NCBI GenBank assembly: GCA_022796725.1
Contig: JAAWJE010000009.1
Coordinates: 1-57,175 of the forward strand
Direction of reading: 5' to 3'
Length of the DNA stretch: 57,175 bases
DNA from: Clostridia bacterium
Lineage (GTDB): Bacteria > Bacillota > Clostridia > TANB77 > CAG-508
How positions within the stretch are numbered: the stretch's first letter is position 1; each line of letters starts with the position of its first letter. The notes under the pieces were generated by a model. It saw nothing but the letters and a program-made list of their open reading frames with translations, searched no databases and was not told where the DNA came from. The translations under genes were made by a program, and so were the position numbers. Below are positions 38,319-49,110 of this stretch, piece after piece.

Positions 38319-41300
38319 TTACTCATTGTCATTTTCTTTTATTTCTTCAGTTTTAAAAGTTAATTTTTTATTAACATATATTATTGTCAAAATATATGAT
38401 AAAGCTATTATAACTATTGCTGAAATTTTTCCAGCACCTGTTCCTACTGATACTAACATTTCTGCTTTACTTTTATTGTTACTTGAATTTGCATCTTGAA
38501 GTCCAGCAGCATTTTCTGTTGATTCTATACTTGCTTCACTAACTTTTAAACCTAGATTTGAATTTCCACTTATCCAATGTAATTTTATAATATATATCCT
38601 TGTTTCTCCTGGAACAATATTACTTGTTTGTAATCTTGCTTCATTATTTCTAACTTTCCAACCTGGATTTTCTTTTCCATACATTGCGAATCCACTTGCT
38701 ATTTTTTCAAGTATGTTAGCTTTTCCTTCTATTTCTCCAATATTTTTTACTCTTATTGAATATTCTATTTCAAATTCTAATTTACTGTTTTTATTCTTAC
38801 TTGTTTCAACTTTTATCATATCATCACCTGATACTTTCTTATAGTTGCCATTTACTTTTAATGATTTTACACTTTTACTTATACTCATATCAAATTTTGA
38901 TTTTCTATAATAGTATATTACATTAACTTCTCCTACCATTACTCCTGTTGCATTTTTGGGTATTTCAACTAATTTCATATTTGGTATTTCTTTTGCTGAT
39001 GTTATATATTCTTCACCTTCATATCCAGCTTGTATAACTTCATCTGCAATTTGTTTATTTGTTTCTTTTTCTATATATTTTACTGTTACTTTTGCTAGTC
39101 TTGAATAATAGAATTTTATTACTTTAGTATTTTCAACTTCGAATTTTCCTTGTAATTCTCCTTCTGATTCTATGAAGTCATAGTTCTCAAGAGTTTTAGG
39201 TTCTAATTTGAATTCTTGTTCTTCTATACCATCAATTGTTTCTGCACTTATAATATCTCCTGTATATTTATTTATACATTGTACAATTATTTGTGCTTTT
39301 CTTACATAATAGTAATTTACTTCTATTAATTCTGGTTTCATTTTTCCTGATTTATTTTCTGGATATTTATCTTTTACTAATTGATATCCTATAAATTCTT
39401 TTTCTTCTGTTGTATATTCGTCCCCTTCAAATCCTTCATGTTTTGTTTCTGACAATACTTTTCCACTTACTATATCAATATGTCTTTCAATTACACCTTC
39501 TGAAATACGGATATAATAGAATTTTACTAATATTTCTGTCTCATACATTCCATCATTATCTATTGTTACTTCCATTTCTCCTTCTGCATTTAGTGGTTTT
39601 TTAACTAATTTATATCCTTCAAATTCTTTTTGTTCAGCTACATAAGTATCTTTTTCATACCCTTTTATTACTACATCATCTATAATTTTTTCTTTGCTTA
39701 TTGTGTCTATATATTGTACTCTTACGCTAGCTCTTCTCTTATAGTAGTATTTAACTTCAATAAGGTCAACTTGGAATCTTCCTTCTTTATTTGTAGGAGC
39801 TTTAGTTTCATCTAAATCATATCCTTCAAATTCTCTTTCTGATGTTACATAGCTGTCTCCTTCTTTTCCTTCATGTAGTTTTTCATATAACATTTCCCCT
39901 GTTATTTCATCAATGTGTTTTTCAACTACACCTTCAGAAATACGTGAATAATAATATCTTACTATTATTGCTTCTTTTCTCATTGTTACTATTCTATCTT
40001 CTGGTTCTTCCACTAATATATATCCTGGAATTTCTTTAGCTATTGTTTCATAAACGTCTCCTTCTAGCCCTTCTTTTTCTGTTGTCTTTATTACGCTATC
40101 TGTTTCTTTATCTATATATTGTACTATTACTTTTGTATTATATTTATAATAGTAAACTACTTCTATATTCTCTCTTGCCATATCTCCTGATGTGTTCTTT
40201 GAATCTCCTACATAAGTATAATGTTCTATCATCTTTCTATTTGTAGAATATTGTTTTCCTTCATATCCATCAATTACTTCCTTTGGTGCAATTTCTTCAT
40301 CTGTTATTTTATCAACATATCTTACATTAACTTTTGATTTCTTAGCATAATAGTATTTTCTTTCTTGTTTTGATTCTTTATAAACGCCTGTTTTTTGTAA
40401 TGGTTCTTCTAAAAGAATGTATCCTTCTATATCTTTCTTGTCTCCACTTACATCAAATGTATTTCCTACTTTTTCTTCTTTTATTACAGATTCTGCAATT
40501 TCTTTGTTTGTATTTTGGTCAATATATTTTACTTCTACTTGTCCATTTACATTTATTTGTGTTGTAACGTCTGCTTCATCCTCTGTTATATCATTTTGTG
40601 CTGGTAAATATAGTCCTATTTTAGCATTATTTATCATTGTGTCTTTTAATAAGTCTACATTTTTATATAGTACTGTTATTTCTTTACTTACATTAATCTT
40701 TTGAGGAACATTTTCTCCTGTTTTAAATGTATTTATTTCTCCTAAATCTATTTCCCAGTTTATACAATTATCTGCTCTTGTATATTTTCCTCCATCTAGT
40801 TTTGATGAAGATTCATCTATTTCATAAGGTAATCTATCTTCTAAGTATATTCCTGCCCTTCCAATATAATTGTTTATAATTGCTTCATAAGTTAATGTAT
40901 AAGTTACTGTATCTTTTCTTGATGCAATTTCTTTACTACTTATCTTTGTTAAAGTTCCTTCTGTTACCTCTGCTACTTTTAATTCATAATATACTTTTAT
41001 TACAGTTCCACTTTCTACTTCTGTTGGAACTTCTTCAGTATTTATCTTTTTAAATTCATATCCTGGATATTTATTTGTAACGTTTATAGTTTCTGGTTTT
41101 ACTCTTATTGTATTTGGCTGTAATACTTGTACTACTTCTTCTTCAATAGTTGTATCTTCTTTTTGTCTCATTGCATCTTTATAGTATTCTACTGTATAAT
41201 TTAATATTTTTGTATTATCTGGATCTACTACATAATATACTTCTATTACATTGTCTTCTTCTTCATTAGTTATTGTCATTGGATAGTTTACAGTTTTTTC

Positions 41301-44300
41301 TAGTTTATATCCAAATATGTTTTTATCTTCATATTCTTCTATTACTGTTCCATATTCTATTGTACCTGTTTCTGTATTTTCTTCATTGATATTTCCATCA
41401 TAGTAATATTTTATCCTATATTCAAATGTATCTTTTACATAATATACTTTTATTATGTTTTCTTCTTCATTATCACTTAATACAAGTGGTAATTTTGATG
41501 TTTTTTCTAATTTATATCCTGTTCTATTTTTATCTTCATATTCAGTAATTTTATCTTCATAAGTTGCTTTCATAAATTCTGTTTCTTTATCATCTCTCAT
41601 ACCATCATAATAGTACTCTACTATATAATCGAAATCAGTTTTTATATAACGAACTTCTATTACATTATTTTCTTCTTGTTCTGTTATTTTAAGTGGTAAA
41701 TTTGTTGTATCTAATTTATATCCTGCTTTTGCTTTTGATATATATGTTCTTACATTACTTCCATATACAGCTTCTGAAAATTCTGTAGCTTGATCATCTT
41801 TTACTCCATCATAGTAGTATTCTACTCTATATTCAAAATTATCTTTTACATAGTATATTTTCATTACGTTTTCTGTATCTACTTCTGAAATAGTTAGTGG
41901 TACTTTTGATGTTTTTTCTAATTTATATCCTGTTCTTTTCTTATTTGGATATCTGCTAACAACAGACCTATACCTTCCTTCACCTTTAACTGTTTCTTTA
42001 TCATCTCTTTCACCATCATAATAGTATTCTACTGTATATCCATATATATCTTTAACATAATAAACTCTTATCACATTTTCTGCTTCATTATCTCCTATTA
42101 TTAATGGAAGTGATTCTTTTCTGTCTAGTTTATATCCTGTTATATTTTTATCTTCGCATTCTTCAATTGATGTTCCATAAGGTGCTTCAAATACGTCTGT
42201 ATTTGCATCGTTTATCTTTCCTTCATAATAATATTCTACTGTATATGTGTATTTTGTTAATTCATAATAGTAAATTACTTCTGTTATATCTCTTCCCATT
42301 TGTCCTTTAGCATTTTTTGTTGCTTCTACAAATGTATAATGAGTAATTTCTTTTTGCTCTGTGTTATAGTCTAGTCCTTGATATCCATCAATTGTTACAT
42401 CTGTGCCTATTTCTTTTCCTGTTGATTTTTCAACATAAGTTACATGAACTTGTGTATTTTTAGCATAATAATATATTTTTTCTTGTTTTGCTTCTGTATA
42501 TTTTCCTTTTTTATTTTCAGGTTCTTCTAATAATGTATATCCTTCTACATCTGTTCTATCTTTAGTTACATCATATTCTGTACCAACTTTTCCAACATTT
42601 ATAGCTGATTCTCTAATTTCTTTATTTGTATATTTATCTAGGTATTTTACTTCTACTTGTCCATCTACATTTATTGGTGTTCCAACTTCTGCTTGTGTTT
42701 GTGTAATTTGGTTATCTGATGGTAAGAATAATGCTGCTTTTGCATTATTTATCATTATATCTTTTTCTAGTTCTATTCCTAAGAATTTTACTGTTATATT
42801 TTTTTCTACTTTTATACTTTTAGGAGCACTTGCACCTGCATCATTATATGTGTGAATATTTCCTAAATCAATATTCCATACAATTGTATTGTCTGCTGGT
42901 GAATAAGTACCACCATCTAATAATGCTGTTGATTCTTCTATTGGATATGGTAATCTATCTTCTAAATAAACTCCACCTTTTCCCATATAGTTTTCTATAA
43001 TTAAATCATACGTTAATTTATATGATACTTTGTCATTTGATTTAGTTAAGCTATTTTCTTCTCCAACTTTTGAAACTTTTGTTAGTTCACTTTTTACAAT
43101 TCCAAGATTATTTAATTCATAATATACCTTTATTATATCTCCATCATTTACTTCTATTGGTAATGTTCCTGAATTTACTTGTTTAAATGTATAACCAACA
43201 TATTTATTAGTCATGTTTATTTTACTTGCATTTACAAACATTGTATCTGGTTGTAATACTTGTACTTCTATCTCTTCTACTTGTGTATCTATATCTTGTT
43301 TTACATCATCTTTATAATATTCTACTGTATAACTTAATTTCTTTGTTTGATTTTCATCTATAACATAACAAATTTTCATTACATTATTTACTGGTTCTTC
43401 TGTATTTTCTGTTGTTATAGTAAGCGGATATTTTATACGTGACTCTAGTCTATATCCTTTTTTAATATTATTTGCATGTTCTTTTATTTGTTCACCATAT
43501 AGTTCACTTCCATAATCTGTTTTTGAATCATCTATAATTCCATCATAATAATATTCTATTTTATAATTATAAGTTTTTCTTTCATAATATACTCTTATTA
43601 CATTCTTTTCTTTATCATCACTTATTCTTAATGGATAGTTTTGAATGTTTTTCATTTCATATCCTTTTCTATCTCCACTAGGATATGTATTTATTTCATC
43701 TTCAAATTTTGCTTGTAAATTCCTTACTGTTGCATTCTCGTCTATTTCATTATCATAATAATATTCTATTCTATAATTATAAATAATTTTTTCATAGTTT
43801 ATTATTGCTATATTTCTTTCAGAATCTTCACTTATTGTTAAAGAGGTTGCACTAGATTTACTTAATTTATACCCTGGTTTTAGCTTTGGTTCAAAATTTG
43901 TTATTGTTGTTCCATATAAAGCTTGACCTGTAACAATTTGAGTTAAATTGTCATTTCCTTCATAAATATACTTAATTGTATAGTCAAAATTATCTCTTTC
44001 ATAATATACATTTATTACATTATTTAAAGGCTCTTCTGAAACAATTATTGGTCCTGAATCATTTATATACTTATAACCTGTTTTGTTCTTAGGCTCATAA
44101 GATGAAATAAGTGCGCCAAATTTTGTTCTCTTGTTTACTGTTTCTCCTAAAATTCCATCATAATGATACTTTATTGAATATTGATAAGTATTTTTTGTAT
44201 AATATACTTTTATTACATTTTTTGTTTCATCATCTGATATTGTTAATGGCAGACTATTATCTCCACTACTTGGAACTGCTATACTTGTATTATCATATCC

Positions 44301-45476
44301 TGTTATTGGCTTTGGTATAAAAGTATCAATTTTAACTCCAAAAGTAGATTCTTTTGTATCAATTACTGTCTCTTTATCCTCGTAATAGTATTCCACAGTA
44401 TATTTGTATTTTGTTTTAGTATAATGATATGTAATTGTAATTGTCTCTGGTGTCATTTCATCTACATTATTTGTTGAAGTCTTTTTATTTGCATAAGTAT
44501 AATGATCTATATCCTTTGGAGCAGTTTCAATACGTTTACCTTCATATCCTATTATAGTTTCAGAATCTAGAACCTCTTTTGTATCAGTATCTATATAATT
44601 TACAATTACCTTTGCATTTTTAGCATAAATATATTCTTTTGATTGTTCTTCTTCTGTAAATCTTCCTGTTTTTTCTAATGGCTCTTGAATACATGTATAA
44701 CCATCTATACTTTTTTTCTTATTTGTTACATCAAAAGACCTTCCTACAAAACCAGTAATTGAATCATTGTTTAATATTGATCTTCCTGATTTCTTCTCTC
44801 TATATATTACTTGTACTGTTCCATAAATATTTATTGATGTATTAAGTCTTACAGAATTTGTTTGACCTGCAGTAGTTTCAGTTGATGAATTGTTAGGAGT
44901 AAGCATTAAACGCCCATTTGCTTGGAATGTTATAGAGCTTCCTGCTAATTTACTAATTTCTTTAAATTTTAATGAATACTCTTTAGTATGGCTTATAGTA
45001 ATAACCCCTCCTCCTGATGAAGCATTTGTAGTATTTATTGATCCATAATTATATGTAGTTGTAATAGTATTACCATTACTATTATAAACACCATCAAAGC
45101 TAGAATTTGCTTCATCTAATGTTGTACCTGCTGGTAATGTAATTACCATTACTACTTTACCTGTTCCTACAAAATTACGAATTTGGGCACTATATTTTAG
45201 TCCAAAGTTTATTTCGTCATCTGATTTGCTTATACTTGTTGTACCTCCTGAAAGTTCAATATTTGCATTACTTATATCACCTTGGCCAGCTGCAAATGTG
45301 CTAGCTGATTCGCCCAAAGATTGTGCTTTTGAACTATCTGCCTTATTTCTTTTAGCCACAGCTATTTTATGATTGCCCTTGAATACATAAATTCCTGTTA
45401 ATACCAATAATATTAGTGCGAATATTATTAATATGGCCAAAATTAATCCTTTCTTTTGTTTTTTGTTTTCCTGCAT
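38319..45476 (-). CDS. 2385-aa cell-surface repeat protein (MucBP-type and Tyr-rich about 70-aa modules, C-terminal membrane anchor)
   Basis: N-terminal signal/anchor helix. About a dozen MucBP-like modules (V.V.Y.D..tgkei....i.G..G..y....k.i.gY.l) and ten Y.Y.VEYYYDG...GYKL...PL.I....NVI.VYY modules. The C-terminus is hydrophobic helix + KK. AGGAGG RBS. Confidence 0.85.
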   Translation of the reverse strand: MQENKKQKKGLILAILIIFALILLVLTGIYVFKGNHKIAVAKRNKADSSKAQSLGESASTFAAGQGDISNANIELSGGTTSISKSDDEINFGLKYSAQIRNFVGTGKVVMVITLPAGTTLDEANSSFDGVYNSNGNTITTTYNYGSINTTNASSGGGVITISHTKEYSLKFKEISKLAGSSITFQANGRLMLTPNNSSTETTAGQTNSVRLNTSINIYGTVQVIYREKKSGRSILNNDSITGFVGRSFDVTNKKKSIDGYTCIQEPLEKTGRFTEEEQSKEYIYAKNAKVIVNYIDTDTKEVLDSETIIGYEGKRIETAPKDIDHYTYANKKTSTNNVDEMTPETITITYHYTKTKYKYTVEYYYEDKETVIDTKESTFGVKIDTFIPKPITGYDNTSIAVPSSGDNSLPLTISDDETKNVIKVYYTKNTYQYSIKYHYDGILGETVNKRTKFGALISSYEPKNKTGYKYINDSGPIIVSEEPLNNVINVYYERDNFDYTIKYIYEGNDNLTQIVTGQALYGTTITNFEPKLKPGYKLSKSSATSLTISEDSERNIAIINYEKIIYNYRIEYYYDNEIDENATVRNLQAKFEDEINTYPSGDRKGYEMKNIQNYPLRISDDKEKNVIRVYYERKTYNYKIEYYYDGIIDDSKTDYGSELYGEQIKEHANNIKKGYRLESRIKYPLTITTENTEEPVNNVMKICYVIDENQTKKLSYTVEYYKDDVKQDIDTQVEEIEVQVLQPDTMFVNASKINMTNKYVGYTFKQVNSGTLPIEVNDGDIIKVYYELNNLGIVKSELTKVSKVGEENSLTKSNDKVSYKLTYDLIIENYMGKGGVYLEDRLPYPIEESTALLDGGTYSPADNTIVWNIDLGNIHTYNDAGASAPKSIKVEKNITVKFLGIELEKDIMINNAKAALFLPSDNQITQTQAEVGTPINVDGQVEVKYLDKYTNKEIRESAINVGKVGTEYDVTKDRTDVEGYTLLEEPENKKGKYTEAKQEKIYYYAKNTQVHVTYVEKSTGKEIGTDVTIDGYQGLDYNTEQKEITHYTFVEATKNAKGQMGRDITEVIYYYELTKYTYTVEYYYEGKINDANTDVFEAPYGTSIEECEDKNITGYKLDRKESLPLIIGDNEAENVIRVYYVKDIYGYTVEYYYDGERDDKETVKGEGRYRSVVSRYPNKKRTGYKLEKTSKVPLTISEVDTENVMKIYYVKDNFEYRVEYYYDGVKDDQATEFSEAVYGSNVRTYISKAKAGYKLDTTNLPLKITEQEENNVIEVRYIKTDFDYIVEYYYDGMRDDKETEFMKATYEDKITEYEDKNRTGYKLEKTSKLPLVLSDNEEENIIKVYYVKDTFEYRIKYYYDGNINEENTETGTIEYGTVIEEYEDKNIFGYKLEKTVNYPMTITNEEEDNVIEVYYVVDPDNTKILNYTVEYYKDAMRQKEDTTIEEEVVQVLQPNTIRVKPETINVTNKYPGYEFKKINTEEVPTEVESGTVIKVYYELKVAEVTEGTLTKISSKEIASRKDTVTYTLTYEAIINNYIGRAGIYLEDRLPYEIDESSSKLDGGKYTRADNCINWEIDLGEINTFKTGENVPQKINVSKEITVLYKNVDLLKDTMINNAKIGLYLPAQNDITEDEADVTTQINVNGQVEVKYIDQNTNKEIAESVIKEEKVGNTFDVSGDKKDIEGYILLEEPLQKTGVYKESKQERKYYYAKKSKVNVRYVDKITDEEIAPKEVIDGYEGKQYSTNRKMIEHYTYVGDSKNTSGDMARENIEVVYYYKYNTKVIVQYIDKETDSVIKTTEKEGLEGDVYETIAKEIPGYILVEEPEDRIVTMRKEAIIVRYYYSRISEGVVEKHIDEITGEMLYEKLHEGKEGDSYVTSEREFEGYDLDETKAPTNKEGRFQVDLIEVKYYYKRRASVRVQYIDTISKEKIIDDVVIKGYEKDTYVAEQKEFEGYKLVKKPLNAEGEMEVTIDNDGMYETEILVKFYYIRISEGVIERHIDIVSGKVLSETKHEGFEGDEYTTEEKEFIGYQLVKDKYPENKSGKMKPELIEVNYYYVRKAQIIVQCINKYTGDIISAETIDGIEEQEFKLEPKTLENYDFIESEGELQGKFEVENTKVIKFYYSRLAKVTVKYIEKETNKQIADEVIQAGYEGEEYITSAKEIPNMKLVEIPKNATGVMVGEVNVIYYYRKSKFDMSISKSVKSLKVNGNYKKVSGDDMIKVETSKNKNSKLEFEIEYSIRVKNIGEIEGKANILEKIASGFAMYGKENPGWKVRNNEARLQTSNIVPGETRIYIIKLHWISGNSNLGLKVSEASIESTENAAGLQDANSSNNKSKAEMLVSVGTGAGKISAIVIIALSYILTIIYVNKKLTFKTEEIKENDNE

Positions 45477-45942
45477 TTAAAAATCCTCCTCAATTTGAAA
45501 GTCAAGATTCTTTTATTAACTTTCTTAAAATTCTCAAAAATCAAATATTACTCTCAGAAATTACCCTGATAGCAATCTCAAGATAATAAATTTAATTTCT
45601 ATATATTTATAATAAGAATTTTCTTTTATTAGTCAAACTAGTTTTTGTACTTCTTTCTATATTTTTTTGTTATAATTATTGTGTCTGTTGAAATTCGAAG
45701 TTTTTTTACTTTTATTTTATTTTTTTATTACTATTTCTTTTCGATTTTGGCATTTTTCTTCTTTTGCTTTAGGGATAAGTCTTTTGGTAAAACTTACTTA
45801 TAAAAAGTTTATCCACAAACTCTCTTCATATATTGATGAAATTTTAATAATTTAGTGTTTCTATATATATTCTTACTATATTTTTTACTAATATTGGTAC
45901 ATTTCCTTATTTCCGCTACATTTTAGGCAATAAAAACATAAA

Positions 45943-45978
45943 AAAGAATGCTTCATAAAAATTATGAAAACATTCTTT
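45943..45978 (-). terminator. terminator of ypeB
   Basis: aaagaatg c ttcata ... tatgaa aa cattcttt interrupted stem, followed on the minus strand by a T-run. Confidence 0.6.
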
Positions 45979-45994
45979 ATAAATATATTATTCT

Positions 45995-47380
45995 TTACAT
46001 TGTTAATACTCCACCTTCTGTTTCTATAATTACTAATATTTCTTCTTCTTCTCCTGTTTCTGCATTTATATAGACTAGAAATTCTGTTTCATCGACCTTT
46101 CCTTTAAACTCATAGCACAAAATTTCACTTTTCCATTCAGTTGGTATTATTGCTAAACCTTCACTTTGAATATTAAGTTTTTTATTTAAGTTCTTTTTAG
46201 CTTCTTCTTTATTTATCTTTGCTTTGATGTCTTTTCTTTGATAATGACAATTTATATATCCCTTACTTTCTATTCCTAATATTTCTCCATCATATAAAGA
46301 CATTTTTACCTTTATTAAATCTGGATATACTACTACATTATTTTGATTATAAGCATAATTAACTGTAATTGTATTATCATCTAATTGATAATATGTTTCT
46401 TTCATATTATCAAAACCTATTTTAGCTAAAAATTCTTTTCCTATTCTATCTGCATCTTCCTTTTCTATTCTACTTTGAGATATCTTTTTTGGATAACTCA
46501 TTAATAGAACTTTTCCAGCCTTTTTAGTTATTGATATACTAGCTTGTACATTTGTATCATACATCTCTACACTAAATTTATATACTGGAATATTTGCATC
46601 CTTAACTTCTTCTAAATAATTAATTTTCTTTATTTTACTTTTAGCAAATACTTCTTTTACTTTCTTTTCTGCTTCTTCTTTTGAAATTTCATCTCCACTT
46701 AATCCTTTTTTTTCTCTTTTTTCAATATGCTCTGAAAATGCTCCATCATAAATTAGTCCAGAATACTCACTGAAGTTTTTATCAATATCAACTAATGTAC
46801 TTAATGATATATTATCAACCTCCTGAATATAATCATCATCTATATTTGTTTTTGTTATATCCTTCCATGAAATAACTTCATTAGAAATATCATCTTCCAT
46901 TTGAGATAGGCTATTTTTTAAATCTATTGAATATTCATGTAACATTTTAATATTATCTAAATCTTCTTGTGTTAATTCTGTATGATTAATAGCCTTTTTT
47001 GAAAGTGAATAACTATATTCACTTAATTGATTTAAAAATTTAGCTGTCTTTGTAAGTTCCTTTGTAGATAATGGCACTTGTGATAAGTATGCAACTGCTA
47101 AATCAGAATCCCTATATATTTCTGTTAAAGTTTCTATTCCATTCTTGTTACTAGAAGATATAGTCGCCTTTGCTAATAAATTTTCTATATTTTGAACATA
47201 ATACACTAATTCACTAAATGCTAAATTATAATTATTTTCTCTATAGGTTTGATTAGATTTTTCTTTATCATAAGCATATTTAACTATGCATACCATAATA
47301 ATTAATAATATCAGTATAATTCCAATAAAAATCCTATTTCTTTGCGTATTTTTATTTTCCTTTTTAATCTTTTCTTTCAT
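45995..47380 (-). CDS. ypeB: YpeB-like spore germination protein (N-terminal anchor, PepSY domains)
   Basis: 461 aa. TM anchor followed by YNLAFSELVYYVQNIENLLAK...LSQVPL, typical of the YpeB N-domain, and PepSY-like C-terminal repeats. Confidence 0.7.
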   Translation of the reverse strand: MKEKIKKENKNTQRNRIFIGIILILLIIMVCIVKYAYDKEKSNQTYRENNYNLAFSELVYYVQNIENLLAKATISSSNKNGIETLTEIYRDSDLAVAYLSQVPLSTKELTKTAKFLNQLSEYSYSLSKKAINHTELTQEDLDNIKMLHEYSIDLKNSLSQMEDDISNEVISWKDITKTNIDDDYIQEVDNISLSTLVDIDKNFSEYSGLIYDGAFSEHIEKREKKGLSGDEISKEEAEKKVKEVFAKSKIKKINYLEEVKDANIPVYKFSVEMYDTNVQASISITKKAGKVLLMSYPKKISQSRIEKEDADRIGKEFLAKIGFDNMKETYYQLDDNTITVNYAYNQNNVVVYPDLIKVKMSLYDGEILGIESKGYINCHYQRKDIKAKINKEEAKKNLNKKLNIQSEGLAIIPTEWKSEILCYEFKGKVDETEFLVYINAETGEEEEILVIIETEGGVLTM

Positions 47381-47488
47381 AATTTATCCCATCCTTTTAT
47401 TCTATTTTTAGTTTTATTTTTAAAATTATTCATTATTTTTATAAATTTATGCTATAATGAATATGTATTTTTTAAGAAAGGATTTACT

Positions 47489-48625
47489 ATGAAAAAAATA
47501 TTAATTTTTTATGGTGCTTATGGAGGCGGTCATTTATCTGCAGCAAAAGCGATTAAAGAGTATTTAGATACTAATTATAATGAACAATGTGAAACTATGA
47601 TGATTGATTGTATAGAGTATATAAATAAATACTTAAATAAAATATCAACTACTGCATATAAAGAAATGGCAAAAAAGGCACCATGGATTTGGAAAAGAAT
47701 ATATACAAACTCTTCTAGTGGCACATTATCAAAAATAACTACAAGTGCAAATCATATAATGTCAAAAAAATTAGATATTATTCTGCAAGAATATAAACCA
47801 GATTTAATTATAAGTACTCATCCTTTTTCAAACCAAATGTGTACTAATTTAAAAAAGCAATCTAAAATTAATTGTAAAATTGCAACAGTACTTACAGACT
47901 TTGAACCTCATTCACAATGGACTGTTGATTCTGATTATATTGATTATTATTTTGTTTCTAATCAAGAACTTAAAAAATCACTATATAATAAATATAGTGT
48001 ACCTGAATGTAAAATATTTGTAACTGGCATACCTATATCAAATAAATTTAAACAAAAATTTAATAAAGATGATATTTATAATGAATTTGATTTAGATTCA
48101 AATAAAGACGTTATATTATTTTTTGCAGGTGGAGAATTTGGTCTTGGAAGAAAAAGGACTCACATGATTTTCAGAGCATTAATAAGACTTTTCAAAAACA
48201 CTCAAGTTGTTGCAATATCTGGAAGAAATAAAAGAATGTTTAATAAATTTAAAAGTCTTATTGAATTCTATAATGTACAAGATAGAATAAAATTATACGA
48301 ATTTACTACAAAAGTTCCTGAATTAATGAGTATTTCAAAATTAGTTATAACAAAACCTGGAGGATTAACTACTAGCGAAAGTTTAGTATCTCATCTTCCA
48401 ATATTAATTATTAATCCAATTCCTGGTCAAGAGGAAGAAAATGCTGAATTTTTAGAAAGAAATAATTTAGCTTTTTGGATTAAGAAAAATGATAATGGTG
48501 CAAGAATATTAAAAGATATATATAGACATCCTGAAAAATTAGAAAAAATTAAACAAAATATATCTGAATTTGCTAAGCCAAATTCAACAGAAGATATTTG
48601 CACTATATTAATGTCAAATATTTAA
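47489..48625 (+). CDS. MGDG-synthase/UgtP-like diacylglycerol glycosyltransferase (GT28)
   Basis: MKKILIFYGAYGGGHLSAAKAI N-terminus, C-terminal ITKPGGLTTSESL and PGQEEENA motifs. The upstream 49 codons of the ORF-track model overlap ypeB and lack an RBS. Confidence 0.8.
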   Translation: MKKILIFYGAYGGGHLSAAKAIKEYLDTNYNEQCETMMIDCIEYINKYLNKISTTAYKEMAKKAPWIWKRIYTNSSSGTLSKITTSANHIMSKKLDIILQEYKPDLIISTHPFSNQMCTNLKKQSKINCKIATVLTDFEPHSQWTVDSDYIDYYFVSNQELKKSLYNKYSVPECKIFVTGIPISNKFKQKFNKDDIYNEFDLDSNKDVILFFAGGEFGLGRKRTHMIFRALIRLFKNTQVVAISGRNKRMFNKFKSLIEFYNVQDRIKLYEFTTKVPELMSISKLVITKPGGLTTSESLVSHLPILIINPIPGQEEENAEFLERNNLAFWIKKNDNGARILKDIYRHPEKLEKIKQNISEFAKPNSTEDICTILMSNI

Positions 48626-48647
48626 AATTATAAAAAATGGAGTTTTT

Positions 48648-49058
48648 ATGGAAAAAATATTAAATTTATATAAAAAATATGAAGAGATTATCAATTATTT
48701 AATATTTGGTGTTCTTACTACTTTAGTTAGTATATTATCTTATGCATTATTTTCTCAAATTTTTAAAATTAATTATCATATTTCTACAGTAATTGCTTGG
48801 ATTATATCTGTTTCATTTGCATTTATTACAAATAAAATATTTGTTTTTAAATCAACTAAACAATCTTTTAAGGCATCTATATTAGAGTGTGTTAGATTTT
48901 TTGCATCAAGATTATTTACACTAGCCATAGATTTAATATTAAAAACGTTCTTTGTAGAATTCTTACATATTAATGATATGATAGCAACAATTATAAATCA
49001 ATTTATTATTATTGTTTTAAATTATATCCTTAGCAAATTACTTGTTTTCAAAAAATAA
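48648..49058 (+). CDS. GtrA-family membrane protein
   Basis: 136 aa, four TM helices, YLIFGVLTT...FITNKIFVFK pattern. Lies directly after a glycosyltransferase. Confidence 0.7.
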   Translation: MEKILNLYKKYEEIINYLIFGVLTTLVSILSYALFSQIFKINYHISTVIAWIISVSFAFITNKIFVFKSTKQSFKASILECVRFFASRLFTLAIDLILKTFFVEFLHINDMIATIINQFIIIVLNYILSKLLVFKK

Positions 49059-49110
49059 TTCCTTAATAAAAAGTTATCCACATAATATTCAATTATAGTG
49101 GATAACTTTT

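Noticed and set aside
45477-45994. Possible c-di-GMP (or other) riboswitch in the 0.5-kb leader of the giant adhesin gene
   Set aside because: I read the minus-strand leader fully. It is almost pure A/T, with no G+C-rich conserved cores such as the GEMM-type ...GCAAA.../...ACGCAAAGC... elements and no stable multi-stem structure. Only a candidate TTGACT promoter element (45631-45636) and the ypeB terminator were found. An Infernal scan would settle it.
47342-47488. 49-codon N-terminal extension of the glycosyltransferase ORF
   Set aside because: It overlaps the 5' end of ypeB, encodes Phe/Leu/Ile junk and lacks an RBS. The conserved MKKILIFYGAYGGGH start at 47489 matches the family N-terminus.
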